Assembly (NCBI GenBank): GCA_010909165.1
Contig: MU008182.1
Location: forward strand, 248,001 to 312,000
Source: Anthoceros angustus
Taxonomy: Eukaryota > Plantae > Anthocerotophyta
Direction of reading: 5' to 3'
Length of the DNA: 64,000 nt
Shown here: positions 12,035 to 24,038 of the stretch, piece after piece
Layout: each line of letters begins with the position of its first letter
Position numbering within the stretch: position 1 is the stretch's first letter
Program-made: the position numbers and the translations under genes
The notes under the pieces: generated by a model
The model's database searches: none
Seen by the model: the letters and a program-made list of their open reading frames with translations, nothing else
What the model was told of the DNA's origin: nothing

Positions 12035-12505
12035 CTTCTCCTTCCCGCTCCTGACCGGTTCAAACTCCTCCAGGCTCTGCCCCCGATCCACAGTCCAGGA
12101 GGAAGTCCCCCCTTCGAGCTCCACGACCACCCCACTCCGCTCAGTCACGGGCTCCTTGCAGAGCCTACACCAGCCAGTTCGCCTCGACGCGTGCTGGGGT
12201 TCTCTCCTCCACCGCCGTTGTCGCCTGGCGGGCGCACTCCACCGGCTTCCCCACAGTGCAAAACTGCGCGGCCCTCGCCCTGACGGCTGCGCCGCCTTCA
12301 CTCAACTCCATCAAGTCCCGCCTGGTGCGAACTTGACTTCAGTGAACTCGGTGCGGTCTCCTTCCGATTTTGACTTTGCTCTCACACTTTTGACTCGCCA
12401 TTAGGGTTGTTAACTCCCCCGGCTGTATCGTTACATGCACCATTGTGGAACTAGCCACCTCCCCACTCCCCTGCGCCACTGTTGCTGAATGAAGGGTCCC
12501 CCTAC

Positions 12506-12630
12506 CATATATAGACAATCTTTATTCCTAAAAATGCCAAGGTCCAAGGACCTTCTAGCCTGGCCTGACATACACAGATTCGAGGTCTAAGGACTAATTA
12601 TTCGTGAAAGTAAGTGCCATGGGCCAAGGA
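12506..12630 (-). promoter_or_regulatory. Putative internal promoter upstream of the accessory ORF
   Basis: Two TCCTTGG(A/C)CC(A/T)TGG boxes followed by CTATATATG; same layout at 50521-50605 and 62247-62328. Confidence 0.45.
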
Positions 12631-13807
12631 CAATTTTTGGTATAAAAGGCCTTTGCCTCAGACATTTCCTAAGCACTTCATCACTCAAGACATGAAAAAA
12701 AACAAAAAAAACGTTCAAACCGATAGTCCAGGGAAGGGTTAGTGTACATGTGGACTTCCACATACTCCCCTTCTCATTTGTTGGCGTCCTCGCCAACTTA
12801 TTGATAATACTTTTGAACTCACCAACCATTGACTCTGGTTGGCAAGTGCGGTCCATTCAAGTACTGCAGCTGGATAGAACCATTGTCGAAAACCTCCAAG
12901 ACTCTGAACGGACCCATCCACCTGAGGTGTAATTTGCCTGGAAAATGCATGTATCGGTTATCATACAATAGAGCCAAGTCTCCGGGGACAACATACTCCT
13001 GGTGCTTCAGCCTCTTATCGTGCCATTCTTTCCTCCTTTGCTGAACATCCTGCATGACTGTTAGTGCTTGTTCCCTGTCCTCCGTGTGTTTCCCGAAACT
13101 AACCAACCGCTCTAACTGGCTTTCTTATACAGACATCCGGCTTGTTTCCTGCACCCGTAGGGTAGGCACTTCGAATTCTACACGCATGATTGGAGAGTGT
13201 CCATACGTGAGGTAATACGGTGTCTACTGTGTTGTCACTTTTTCCACTGTTCTGTACGCCCAGAGTGCCGAGTGCAGTTTGAGTGAAGGAGAACTAATTA
13301 GGAAACTAACAGTGGAGATTTTTGTGGATCGAAGAGAATCTAAACCGGTGTTGTCGGTGGAAATGTGCACAAGGAAAACTGATGAAATATATTAGGTTTA
13401 GGGCACTATTCACTAGGGCACCTTTACTTAATGATTATTATATGCCTAGGGCTCAAAGTAGTTTCCTTAGGTAGTTAGTTGTTATAACCACTTATGGTTA
13501 TAACTACTTATGGTTACAACAACATATGGTTGTAACCAATAATTACCTACCTACTATTTAAACACTCTTGTTTCTATTATGTAATGCAACTCTACAAGAC
13601 TCTTGACTCTTTGTGCGTGCGTGATTCTCATCATGGTATCGGCTTCTCTAGATGCTTGAGCACCTTGCCTCTTCTTTAGGCATGAATTCTTTTGTGCATT
13701 ATTAATTTTGCACCATGGAATTGTGGCTTGGAGGCAACTTTACAATTATGCTCAACCTCACATTTTTATGATGCACAAATTTTGCATCACTTTCTTGACT
13801 CCTTCTC

Positions 13808-14104
13808 ATGGGGCAAGTAAGGAGGAGGAGATTGAAGGCTGCATCAAGGGAGAATGCATCAAATTATAATAATTCCGATAAATGTATAGATCCAATTGAA
13901 AGAGATTCTAAATTTATCAGCAATTTTATCGGTGCAATCCTTATAAAATCAGAGAACCAAGGAGAGTTGATTGAGGTGGCTAAGAGAGATTTACTTACAT
14001 GTTTTAGTTTATCACAAGTAGAATTTCTAGTTTTAGCACTCCAACACATTCCTAATCTACATCGGTCGGTGATTAGTAGCGATTCTCTGCAGACCTCTCC
14101 TTAA
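13808..14104 (+). CDS. Extra ORF upstream of gag in Copia-B (ORF0, partial)
   Basis: Protein similarity to 44883-45567 of Copia-C. Confidence 0.55.
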   Translation: MGQVRRRRLKAASRENASNYNNSDKCIDPIERDSKFISNFIGAILIKSENQGELIEVAKRDLLTCFSLSQVEFLVLALQHIPNLHRSVISSDSLQTSP

Positions 14105-17100
14105 ATCTATCAAAATAGATTCAACTTAGACATGATGTCATTAGTAGACAATTGTCGTCTTTGGCTCATGCCTTCAATCATTTAGGATGCATTGAAGACT
14201 TAGATACTAAAATGTCTAAAAGTTCCTGAAATTCACATTTTACCGCAGATTCTTTTGATATGATTGGAGCATCGTGAAATCTCCTCCAAGATAGACGCAC
14301 GCACGTAGTCGTGGTCTTTAAACATCACCTGCCATGGCTAGTCGGGAAGATGAGGGAGAGCAACTTGACGAAGAAGTCAACATCAACAAGGACCCTATTG
14401 AGACCAAATCAATGGTTGTCAATAATTATGGAGACAGCTTCAAAGAAAAGGACAGATTCAATGGCAAGGACTACGACGTCTGGCGCCTGCGAATGAGGGG
14501 AGTATTGCGTAACCGTGACCTATGGGATATTGTCGGTGAGCCTTAGCGCCAAGATGGGGGTCGCGCACAGGATGCGAAGGATGAGAGAGCCAGGATATGA
14601 TTATCGATGGTCTCTCTCTCTCTCCATATAATCAGCGAGGCAGGATCCTCCAAGGAAATGTGGGATCACCTCACACAATTATACTCCTCCAAGGATGTTA
14701 TGAGTCTGATGACTACTACTCGTAACTTCCACAACCTTAAGATGAGGGAATCTGACACCATTGAACACCATATTAGTACTTTTCGAATGGCAAGATCCCA
14801 ACTTGAAGCTGCTTCCAACTCCAAGCTCTCCGAGTTAACATGCTTTGTTGCATTATTATCCTCTCTTCCATCCTCCTATAGATCATTTGTGACAACTCAA
14901 AAATGTCATTGAGAACAGCCAAAAATATGGACAAGCATGATACCTTGGACATAAGTATAAATGAGTTGATCGGAGCATTGATAGAGGAGGAGTCCGATCG
15001 ACGTCAAGACTCACGAACTAGCCGTGATGTACAGGAAGAGGCGAGGAAGGTCGCGGTCAGGCCGCACCAAAGGACCTCCTTCCACTAAGCGCCACTTCAT
15101 CCAGCTTCTCCAAGGAGCTTCTCCTTCTTCTACACGCAAGAGGTAATAAGAAGGCGGATTATTTGCAATTGGTAATCCCAAATCACATGGAGAAGGACTG
15201 CAGGAAGAAAATGGTGAGCCTAGGAAAGAGGCCTCACCGGCACATATTCTGTGAAGAAACCATCCTCTTCAACTCCTTCGCCCACAATATGGCATCCTCC
15301 GGGCCTACAAATCAATTCTGGTACCTTGACAGTGGAGCTACCTCACACATTTGTCATGACAAAGACTCTTTTGAGTCCTATTCCCCAACCACAGGACACC
15401 AGACTATCCTCTTGGGTGATGATCACAACCTCCCAATAGCCGGCGCAGGTTCAGTTGTCCTCAGATGTTCCACAGGTCAGACTCTTCACTTACGTCAGTT
15501 CTCCATGTACCAGCCATGTGTAAGAATCTAGTCTTTGCCGCTAGTTTATGTCATGCACATACTATGCAAGTCACACTTTACGCGAGATAGTTGTCTTATT
15601 TCATACACCTCCAATAAGTCACATGCCATCTAGGCATACTAGAAGATGGGCTATACAAACTTTCAGCTCAAGTGGGTCCCACATTCCATCAATGCGTCCC
15701 CAATTCGCACCACCATACCATGTTGTGGCATTGTCGTCTCGGTCATCCTAATAGCCAAAAATTAGTACAAATGTCTAAGGCGGAAATCTATACCGCACAC
15801 CCCTTCTCAAATTCAACACCTTCCATGGTGTGAGACTTGTGTCATTACCAAAGACATCAAGCCCCTTTCCGAACATCTCTCCACAGAGGCGACATCTCCT
15901 CTAGAGCTTGTTCATACAGACATTTTGGCCCTATCTCTACACCTTCCTTCTGGTAGTAGATATTTTTGACCTTCATCGGACTACTCCCGCTTTACACTCA
16001 CCTATATCCTTAATCACAAGGGTGATACTTATCATTTCTTCAAGGACTATATGGCACTGGGCGGAGAGATTAAGAAGAAACTCAAGACCTTACGTTCAAT
16101 GGTGGCGAGTTTACTTCTAAACAGTTTGAGGACTTTTGAGCTCAAGGTATAGCTCAACAACTCACGTTGTATACACTCCTCAACAAAATGGCGTAGCTGA
16201 AAATAAAAATCTGCGCCTTCAAGAGATCACTGCTTGTTAACAAATTTACCCAAAGTATATTGGGCACTCCTCACACATATCTCATGAATCGAGCCCACTT
16301 CAGTCAAGGTATGACACCTTAAGCCTTTATGGCAAGAAGCCTTCTATTGATCATCTCCGCATTTTGGATCTCCATATGTCTTTATTCCTAAAGCATTGCG
16401 TAGAAGTTAGATCCGGCGGCGGATATACTTTTATTGGTTATACGGAAGGAATCAAGGGCTATAAATTATTTGATCCTTCCACCAAAAGCTTCTTTATGCT
16501 CGCGTCACTTTTCATGAACATTCCCTATTTTCTCCTTGAGGGAGATCTAATGCCTCCCCATCCTTCATCTATCACGAGCCGAATGTTCTTCTTTTGATAC
16601 TAGTGACTACATTATGGACTTCCTGTCGCCTCTCGTGTCCCTTCCGATGGACCTATTATGCGGAGGAGGAGGAGTTAGCCCTTCTTACGTCCGACTCACC
16701 TTCATTAGATACCGAGGAACCTCAACATTTTGAGGATATTCCGATGATCGGACCGAACAGCGTGACCACGAGTATTTAGTTGAGGACCCTCCTCGGGAAT
16801 CAACCCTTCTTGAAGACGTGAAGACGAGCAACGCACAAAGGTACAATCTAACCCGGACCAACCATCCCACGGTCCCGGGTTGGAAGGAGCCTCCTTTGGG
16901 ATACCTAGCTACTTGAGTATATCGTGCAACTATTGACCCGGAAGAACCCACTACTCTCAAACAAGCCTTCTCATCCCCGAAAAGGACTTATGGAAGGCGT
17001 GATTCTGAATATGACTCCTTGATCAAGAATTCTACATGGAATCGTCAAACCCCTAAGGGAGGAAGATAGTGACAAGCAAATGGGTATTTAAAATCAAGAA

Positions 17101-19762
17101 AAGGAGATGGTTCCATTGAAAGATATAAGGCACGCGTCTAGTAGCGAGGCTTTACACAAATTCTGGCCTAGACTACTGCCTTGGGCCACTTATGCCCCCA
17201 AATTTGCTAGCCTCGAATGATATTTGCCTTATCTCGCCAATATGATCTTGAACTCCATATGATGGATGTAAAGACATATTTACATGGGCATCTACAAGAA
17301 GAAATATACATGAAACAACGAGGTTATGAGGTAGGTTAAAGGCAAAGAAGATTTGGTGTGTAAGCTTATTAAATGTATCTATTGAAGCAATCCGTAAGGA
17401 ATGGAACACCGTAATACATATTAAGCTTATTAAAAGGTTTTAGACAAAGCAAGGCGATTCTTGCATGTATATCTTAATCTCGGAAAAGAGATAATTTACC
17501 TCTTACTCTCGACGACGTATTTATGGCTTCCTCTTCATCCTCTCTCTGCCAGATTAAAGCTTGGTTAAGAAGTCATTTTGAAATGACTGATCTTGGAGAG
17601 CGACTTACGCACTTGGTGTTAATATTATGAGAGATAGAAGCCGTAAGACTTTAAGCGTTTTCAAACAAAATATATTAAGGAAAGCTTAATCAAATTTGGA
17701 TTAGAAGGCGAACCTCCTCCTTTTGCTAGTGGGATCGACACGTTGGAAATGAGTCCTAAAGCAGATGCTGAGACAAATTCTGAGATGTCGAGTTCCTTAT
17801 CGACATCTTGTTGGCACTTATATATTTGAGCAACTTCACTAGGACATAGCTTTTGAAGTTAGTGCTTGTTCACAATTTTGGAGAATCACAGTCGTGAACA
17901 TTGGGCATCATCAACGTATATTTAGGTACCTTAAGGGTACAATGAATCAGATTAGTTTATCAACATACACCAAGTATGAACAAACCAATATTAACGGCAT
18001 ATCGATGCCGACTATGCTGGTGATCCCGATCAAGATCGGTGTCGTATATGTACTTATGCAAAGCTCCCATATCATGGTCAAGTAAGAAACAACGACCATT
18101 GCCTTTCAAGCGAGTCGAGTATAGAGTACTAACCTCGTTGCAAGGATATTGTATGGAGTAGGTTAGCCTTAAGTGAGCTCAATCACACACAAGACAACCC
18201 TACACCTCTATATAGTCAAGGAGCCATAGCATTAGCAAATCCTTTTCCATTCTAGGACTAAACACATAGTCATGAATACCATTACATTAGAGAAATGTTG
18301 GGAAATAAAACTATTGATATTAGTTATATTCAAACTCGGGATAACGCAACTGATTTATTCACAAAGTCCCTTTGGAATTACATATTAAACATATGAAGAC
18401 CTTAGGTATATTAGATACCAAGTCAATACCAAATCATCCTAAGTTAACCTTATTTCTTCAAGCCATTTCTTGTTAACTATTCCATTTCCATTTCAATTTC
18501 TAATGGTCTTCACATATTCCCTCTTCCTGCTAAGTGCCCACATCCTAAACCATGTCAAAATCATATTTCTTTATTATAACTTTTGCTTATTGAGAACACT
18601 TACTATAGATATGTGTTACTTCCTCCCTTATACTCCTTACATGGCTCGAACCTAGTCACACCATGTGGATTCCTTTTGGTACACATATTCGGGTTAGCAC
18701 TCATATCTCCAGTGGTCACTATGTAAAGTGGTAGTGGTCAATCCACCTTGTCCTTTCTAGCACTGGACTCTTGACAGCTAGCTAAATCTCTAGTGGACTT
18801 CTCATTTCAATTTCACAATAATCATATTAGTTTTCACGTAAAACTTTAATTTTGAGTGAATTCATATTTATCATGATATTTTTTAGTTTATCCATTCATG
18901 TGTTATTTATCAATTTGTTCATATCTGACACCAGATCCATTTTTTCATCAAGTTGAAGATATTTGGCTTCACCAGCATCAGATCAACATGTTTTGTTTCT
19001 GGTATTCAGGCGCCATCTTCCTCCACCACGTGTGCCGATGGGCTTCCTTATGGCCCTCCATCTAATGTGCCTACATGCTTCTTATGATATTGTTTCTACA
19101 ATGTGGATCTTCCTTCTGCAGCAGGATCATATTCTTCCGAGTGCAGGAGGAGATAAACATGAATGGATCCAGGGACGGTGTATCAGGATGGCGGAGGATC
19201 TTCCAATCATCAGCATCAGCCGGACCAACGTTTATGGCGCACCACATCTGTGAGAGGCCTCCCAAGTGGGGAGCCTCAAGGCCCTTCCTTGAGAAGGAGG
19301 AAGACAAGCAACAGCAAGCCAGAAGATTGGCAGCATCTCTATGCGTGCGCCATCTTATGTCGCAGCTCTGTGGCGGCGCGCCCATGAGGCGGCGGCTCCA
19401 CTTACAGCCAGCGGAGCCGCGGCTGGCGCGAAGCGAGCGGCTTGTGCGAGCCAGGGGCGGGGCGAAGCCAAGCCCGTCTAAGTTTTCTTTTCGGCATTTT
19501 CCATTTAAAAAAAATTCCTATTTACTTATATAGGTTATTTCTTTTACGATTTTAAATTAATTTTGCTTAAGAGCTAGTCTTCAGTTTTAGGCCTATTTTG
19601 GCTCATTTTGAAGCTAGAAAAATCCTCTATTTTGTCACCCCTAGTTCACAATGAGTGGGAGTGATGAAATATATTAGGTTTAGAGCCCTATTCACTAGGG
19701 CACCTTTACTTAATGATTATTATATGCCTAGGGCTCAAAGTAGTTTCCTTAGGTAGTTAGTT

Positions 19763-19820
19763 GTTATAACCACTTATGGTTATAACCACTTATGGTTATA
19801 ACCACTTATGGTTGTAACCA
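19763..19820. repeat. 16-bp quasi-palindromic tandem repeat (GTTATAACCACTTATG x3) in Copia-B U3
   Basis: Seen directly; a more diverged version is at 13481-13538. Confidence 0.85.
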
Positions 19821-19924
19821 ATAACCACCACCTACTATTTAAACACTCTTGTATTTTCTATTATGTAATGCAACTCTACAAGACTCTTTTGCAAGTGCGT
19901 TTGTGCGTGATTCTCATCAAAAAC

Positions 19925-21010
19925 AGCATTTCCTTGTGGAAGTCGTGTGAGTGTGGCGCCCTTTGTGTGTGTGTGAAAGCGGGTGTGAGTGATCTGTGGG
20001 CTTTGGTCCCTAGGAATCGGTGTGTGCATGAAGCGTGGAGTGCAAAATAAAGGCTGATATGTGCGTAGTGGTAGCCGTCCGTGGCAGGGGTCCCCGGCGC
20101 CGCGCGCCAAAGATAAATTGCTAGGGTTGGGCGTGGGACCCACCCGGTAGTCGTAGCAACTACCTGGTAGTAGTGAGAGCCACCGCGGTAGTAGCTCGGG
20201 AATGGGGGTTGTGGAATAAGACTTATGGTCAGGGAATAGGATCTGGGGTAGTTAGACAAGTCGGAAGGTAGTAGTAGTCGAGTAGATAGGTAAGAGGAGT
20301 GATAGCAGGTAAGTCCTGACTAAGGCGAAGGTCAATAGCAATAGAAGTTAGCGTTCCTTGGCACAAACCATTCCCTTGGGAGCGAATCCTAGGCCTACAA
20401 TGACATTGAGGGTGAATGTGGACCTCATGGTGTCTCTAGACACAAGTTTCCACGCCACAGCAAGGCACGCCAAGATTCATGAGAAATTGTGGTGAAGAGG
20501 ATTGCCAAGCTTGCTTGGGAAGTATAAGAGCCCAGGGGCGCTTTAAGGGAATTTCTCTTTTTGAGGCAACAAGGGATTGGAAATTCGTGCTAGGAAGGCA
20601 AAGTTGCAAGAGCAAGGAGAGCTGTGAGCAATGACGAGGTCAAGGCCGTGATTGGAGTGTGGAAATTGTGAGTGAGGAAGGCTACCTACCATGGTAGGAA
20701 CCTGGCAAATAGTGTAAGAGTCACAAGGGAAGTAACCCTTTTTCTCAACTTTGTGGAAGAACTCGACTAGGAAGTCATGGCAAAGCCTTCCAAGGCAAAA
20801 GGAAAGGAGGCGGCCTTTAGGACCAAGACACCCACAAAGGAAAGCGGGGCGGACAAGGGAAAAAAGTCTAAGGCAGGAAGTCCATACCCCAAGAAATGTA
20901 AATTATCCGGATATGCTACAATTCACGTGCTTTGCAAGGCAATTGTCTTCAAAGGACCTTGTAGATTTCAGGCCTTGGGCAGCGGAGGAGAATATTGATT
21001 GGGTATATGG
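19925..21010 (+). mobile_element. Probable post-pol region of another gypsy family; together with 13281-13379 it is the target of Copia-B
   Basis: GTAG-rich spacer and basic ORF start MAKPSKAKGK..KGKKSK, analogous to 62095-62950. Confidence 0.4.
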
Positions 21011-21012
21011 TA

Positions 21013-22776
21013 GACATTGGGCGTCATCATCGGACACAGGGGCTCCAACAGCTGCTAATTGTTGTGACAAACTCCTCACTTTGTCTACATGCTCAATGAC
21101 ACTGTCATTCTCACCCATTTGAAGAGTGAGGAACCTTCTCCTCAAAAACAAGTGCTTCACAAGGTTCTTGTTCTCATACAGCGCCTCCAGCTTTTGCCAG
21201 CTTTTGCATTCGTGAAGGTCACTCTAGCGTACTCAAATCTCACTCTCAACCCTTGAGAGGTAGCCGCGCTAACGGAGAAGAGGTTTTTGCTCAGGCCTGG
21301 CACATAGAGGACCTTCTTTAACATCCCACGAATAGGCCCTTTAGGAGTGGTCATGGTTAGAAATACAACTCCTTCTCCCGCACATTTTTGAGCCGGATTA
21401 TCACCCAAGTAAATGTTAGTTGCAGAAGTGGGTTTGAAAGAGTAAAACCATTCACGCCCATTGGTCATATGCTCTGAAGCTCCTGAATCGATATACCACT
21501 TGTCAGCTTCATTTGAGTGGTGATGTGTACTCACAAGGCTTCATCAAAGTCTTGACCTGATTGCTTTGAGGTCTTGCTTTCTCGTCCCTTTGCTTCTTGA
21601 AATGTTCCTCCATGATATGTCCAACCTTGCCACAATAGTTGCAAGTTATGTTGGACCTTCTATATCCTCCTACAGATTGAGAAGGACCTTCCTCTAGCTT
21701 GATGGAACTTGAGTGTTCTTCCTGAGGCCTTTTGGCCACAAAAGCTGATTCCTCAGATATCTTCTAGTAAGCTTCCTCTTATAGTAAGCTCAATCACCTA
21801 CATCTTTTACGCATAGTCATATCCATCTTAACAAACTCAGTAAGCTGCATCCTCAACATCTCTTCTTTTTGTCTCTTCATGTAAGCGTCTGATCACAAGA
21901 ATCTCAAAAGTCAAAGTCTCTATTCTTGACTCCAAAGCCACGATCAAGTTGTTGCATGACTCTGGAAGACTTGCAAGAAGAGTCATCACCAAGTTATCAT
22001 CGGCGCAGGGCTCCAGCTGCTAATTGTTGTGACAAACTCCTCACTTTGTCTACATGCTCAATGACATCATTCTCACCCATTTGAAGAGTGAAGAACCTTC
22101 TCCTCAAAACAAGCGGTTCACAAGGCTCTTGTTCTCATCTGATGCCTCCAGCTTTTGCCAAGCTTCCTTGCAGTCTTACAAGAAGTCACATGCATTAGTT
22201 GTGCATCTTCCAAATTGAAGCAAATGGTTGCAAAAGCTTTGCCTGCATTCTTGTCCCACTTGGATTGTCGCTCCACTTCTATAGGGCGCTGCTCAGCTCC
22301 TGACACTATCCCCCATAAGCCTTTCTCGGCTAACAGCATCTGCATCTTGAACTTCCACAAGTTGAAGTTGTTACCACCAAATTTGGAAATGACTTGTAGT
22401 GTCACCATGCCTTCGGTGTGTGGGCCCATAACCTGTTGAGATTGGAAGCTAGCCATGCTTCAAGAGGGTCAGAAGTGTCAAGAAAGCAAGTGTTCAGAAT
22501 TACAAAGCTAAGACCACCTAAACGAGGCCTTAAAACACAAATAAAGAGCAACTTTGGGCAAACATCACAAAGGCAGTAGTCAAAGAGCTGAACCTGCTAT
22601 AGCTAGCTGGTCTCACCCCTTTTTAAACCCTCAAAAGTGTTATTCACGTTTCCTACTCAATATGGGGTATATGTTTCCTATTTACCCACTTCTCTATACT
22701 AGTAAGCTCAATCACCTACATCTTTTACGCATAGACATATCCATCTTAACAAACTCAGTAAGCCGCATCCTCAACA
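21013..22776 (-). mobile_element. Copia-A 5' fragment: 5' LTR 22434-22776, half-tRNA PBS, rearranged gag-protease
   Basis: PBS GGTTATGGGCCCAC at 22420-22433; KFGGNNFNLWKFKM, CNYCGKVGH, WYIDSGASEHM; LTR piece at 21778-21858; second gag copy at 21013-21205. Confidence 0.9.
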
Positions 22777-22781
22777 TATGT

Positions 22782-23879
22782 TCACGTATATCTACTGTGA
22801 TCATCAATGATAGTGAGATAGTAGTTTGCCCCTCCAAGTGAAGAAACCTGAAGGTGGCCAGAGTTATAGGCATGAACCAGTTTCAGCAAATGGGTTGAGT
22901 GATGAGCAACTGTGCTAGGAAAGGGTATCTCCTTTTGCCTAGCCAAGGCACAAGTCTCACATAACGGGAGGTCTTTCAATACGAAAGGTAAAGGCTCCCT
23001 ATACCCTGCATGTTTACTCATAGAAACCAGAGTAGTCCTGTTGACATGGCCCAAGCGAGCATCCCATAAGATAGCTATAAGATTTCCTACACTTGTTGAG
23101 TTAGCTTGATTCTGTGTGACAGGAATACACGTGAAGTCAAGGTGATACAGGTCATGCTCCGTGTAGGCCTTAAAAGCACAAACAGTAGGAGAAGATCGCT
23201 GATAAAAATAACAAGAGTCCGCAGACACGTGAAGAAGGAAACACTGCATCTTCGTGAGTTTGCTCATGGACAAGAGGTTCTTTGCCATACAAGGCACATA
23301 CAAAACATCCGGTAATGTTAAGACTGAACCATCAAGAAGCTTAAACTTGCAGCAACCCTGACCAAGGATCTGCAATCTGGTAGTATTTTGTTCATCACTG
23401 AGATACACACGCTCAACACAAGGAGTGAGCAGCAAGGTAACAAACATAGCTGCATCGCAGCAGATGTGTGCTGTAGCTGTAGAATCAAGAAACCAGGATG
23501 CCCTATCACCCGTGGAAGAGGTAAGGCATACTATCAATATTTTCACAACTAGCTTTGAAGATTCTGCAGAGGATGTTTTGTCCTTGATTGTCGCAGCAGC
23601 AGTAGAACGAGGAGGCTTTTGGGGCTCTCCAGCCTTCTTCTTGCGGCATTCCCTTGCCCAATGACTAGGTGTACCACACCAATTACATGTCCCTTGATGC
23701 TTTATGGTGGATGAACCTGCATCCTGGTGAGCTGGAAAATTAGATCCTTGATTCACTCTTAGCTTACTCCTCTGGAAAGGTCGTCCATGGGAGGCAGTCA
23801 GCACTCTGTCAGCTTTGGACTTGCATCCAGACCCTGATATGATTCGACTCTGCTCTTTCTGGAACAAGGCACCTATCAC
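22782..23879 (-). mobile_element. Copia-D fragment: gag knuckle - protease - integrase N-terminus, 365-aa open frame
   Basis: CNWCGTPSHWAREC, WFLDSTATAHI, LWDARLGH, CETC, LTIIDDHSRY. Confidence 0.9.
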
Positions 23880-24038
23880 CCCATCAAGGGTGAGAGTGAT
23901 AGCTTGTCCAGCAGTGGCAGCCTGATTGTTTGTCCGATGGGTACATTGTGTTGTAAAACAAAGGACTGGTAACTAGGAGGAAGACTTGTAAGCCGCTGGG
24001 CAACAACGTCAACCTCATCCATTTTTGTGCCAAGTTCT

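Larger units (their letters stand above)
9986..13280 (-). mobile_element. Athila-like gypsy family 1: integrase C-terminus (12750-13280), spacer and accessory ORF region
   Basis: LHSALWAYRT and GKLHLRWMGPFRV (GPY/F) integrase motifs, followed by sense ORFs 11291..12301 and 10305..10913. Confidence 0.8.
13380..19919 (+). mobile_element. Full-length Copia-B (LTRs 13380-13633 and 19662-19919, TSD AAAAC), frameshift-ridden gag-pol ~14334-18440
   Basis: TG..CA LTRs; degenerate Met PBS TGGTATC; PPT GAGTGGGAG; AAAAC at 13375-13379 and 19920-19924; gag FNGKDYDVW, protease WYLDSGATSHI, then INT, RT and RNase H remnants in copia order. Confidence 0.95.

Noticed and set aside
8415-22776. One Copia-A element with nested insertions bounded by LTRs 8415-8757 and 22434-22776
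   Set aside because: The flanks (CTAAT vs TATGT) do not form a TSD and the integrase region is absent; cannot be supported.
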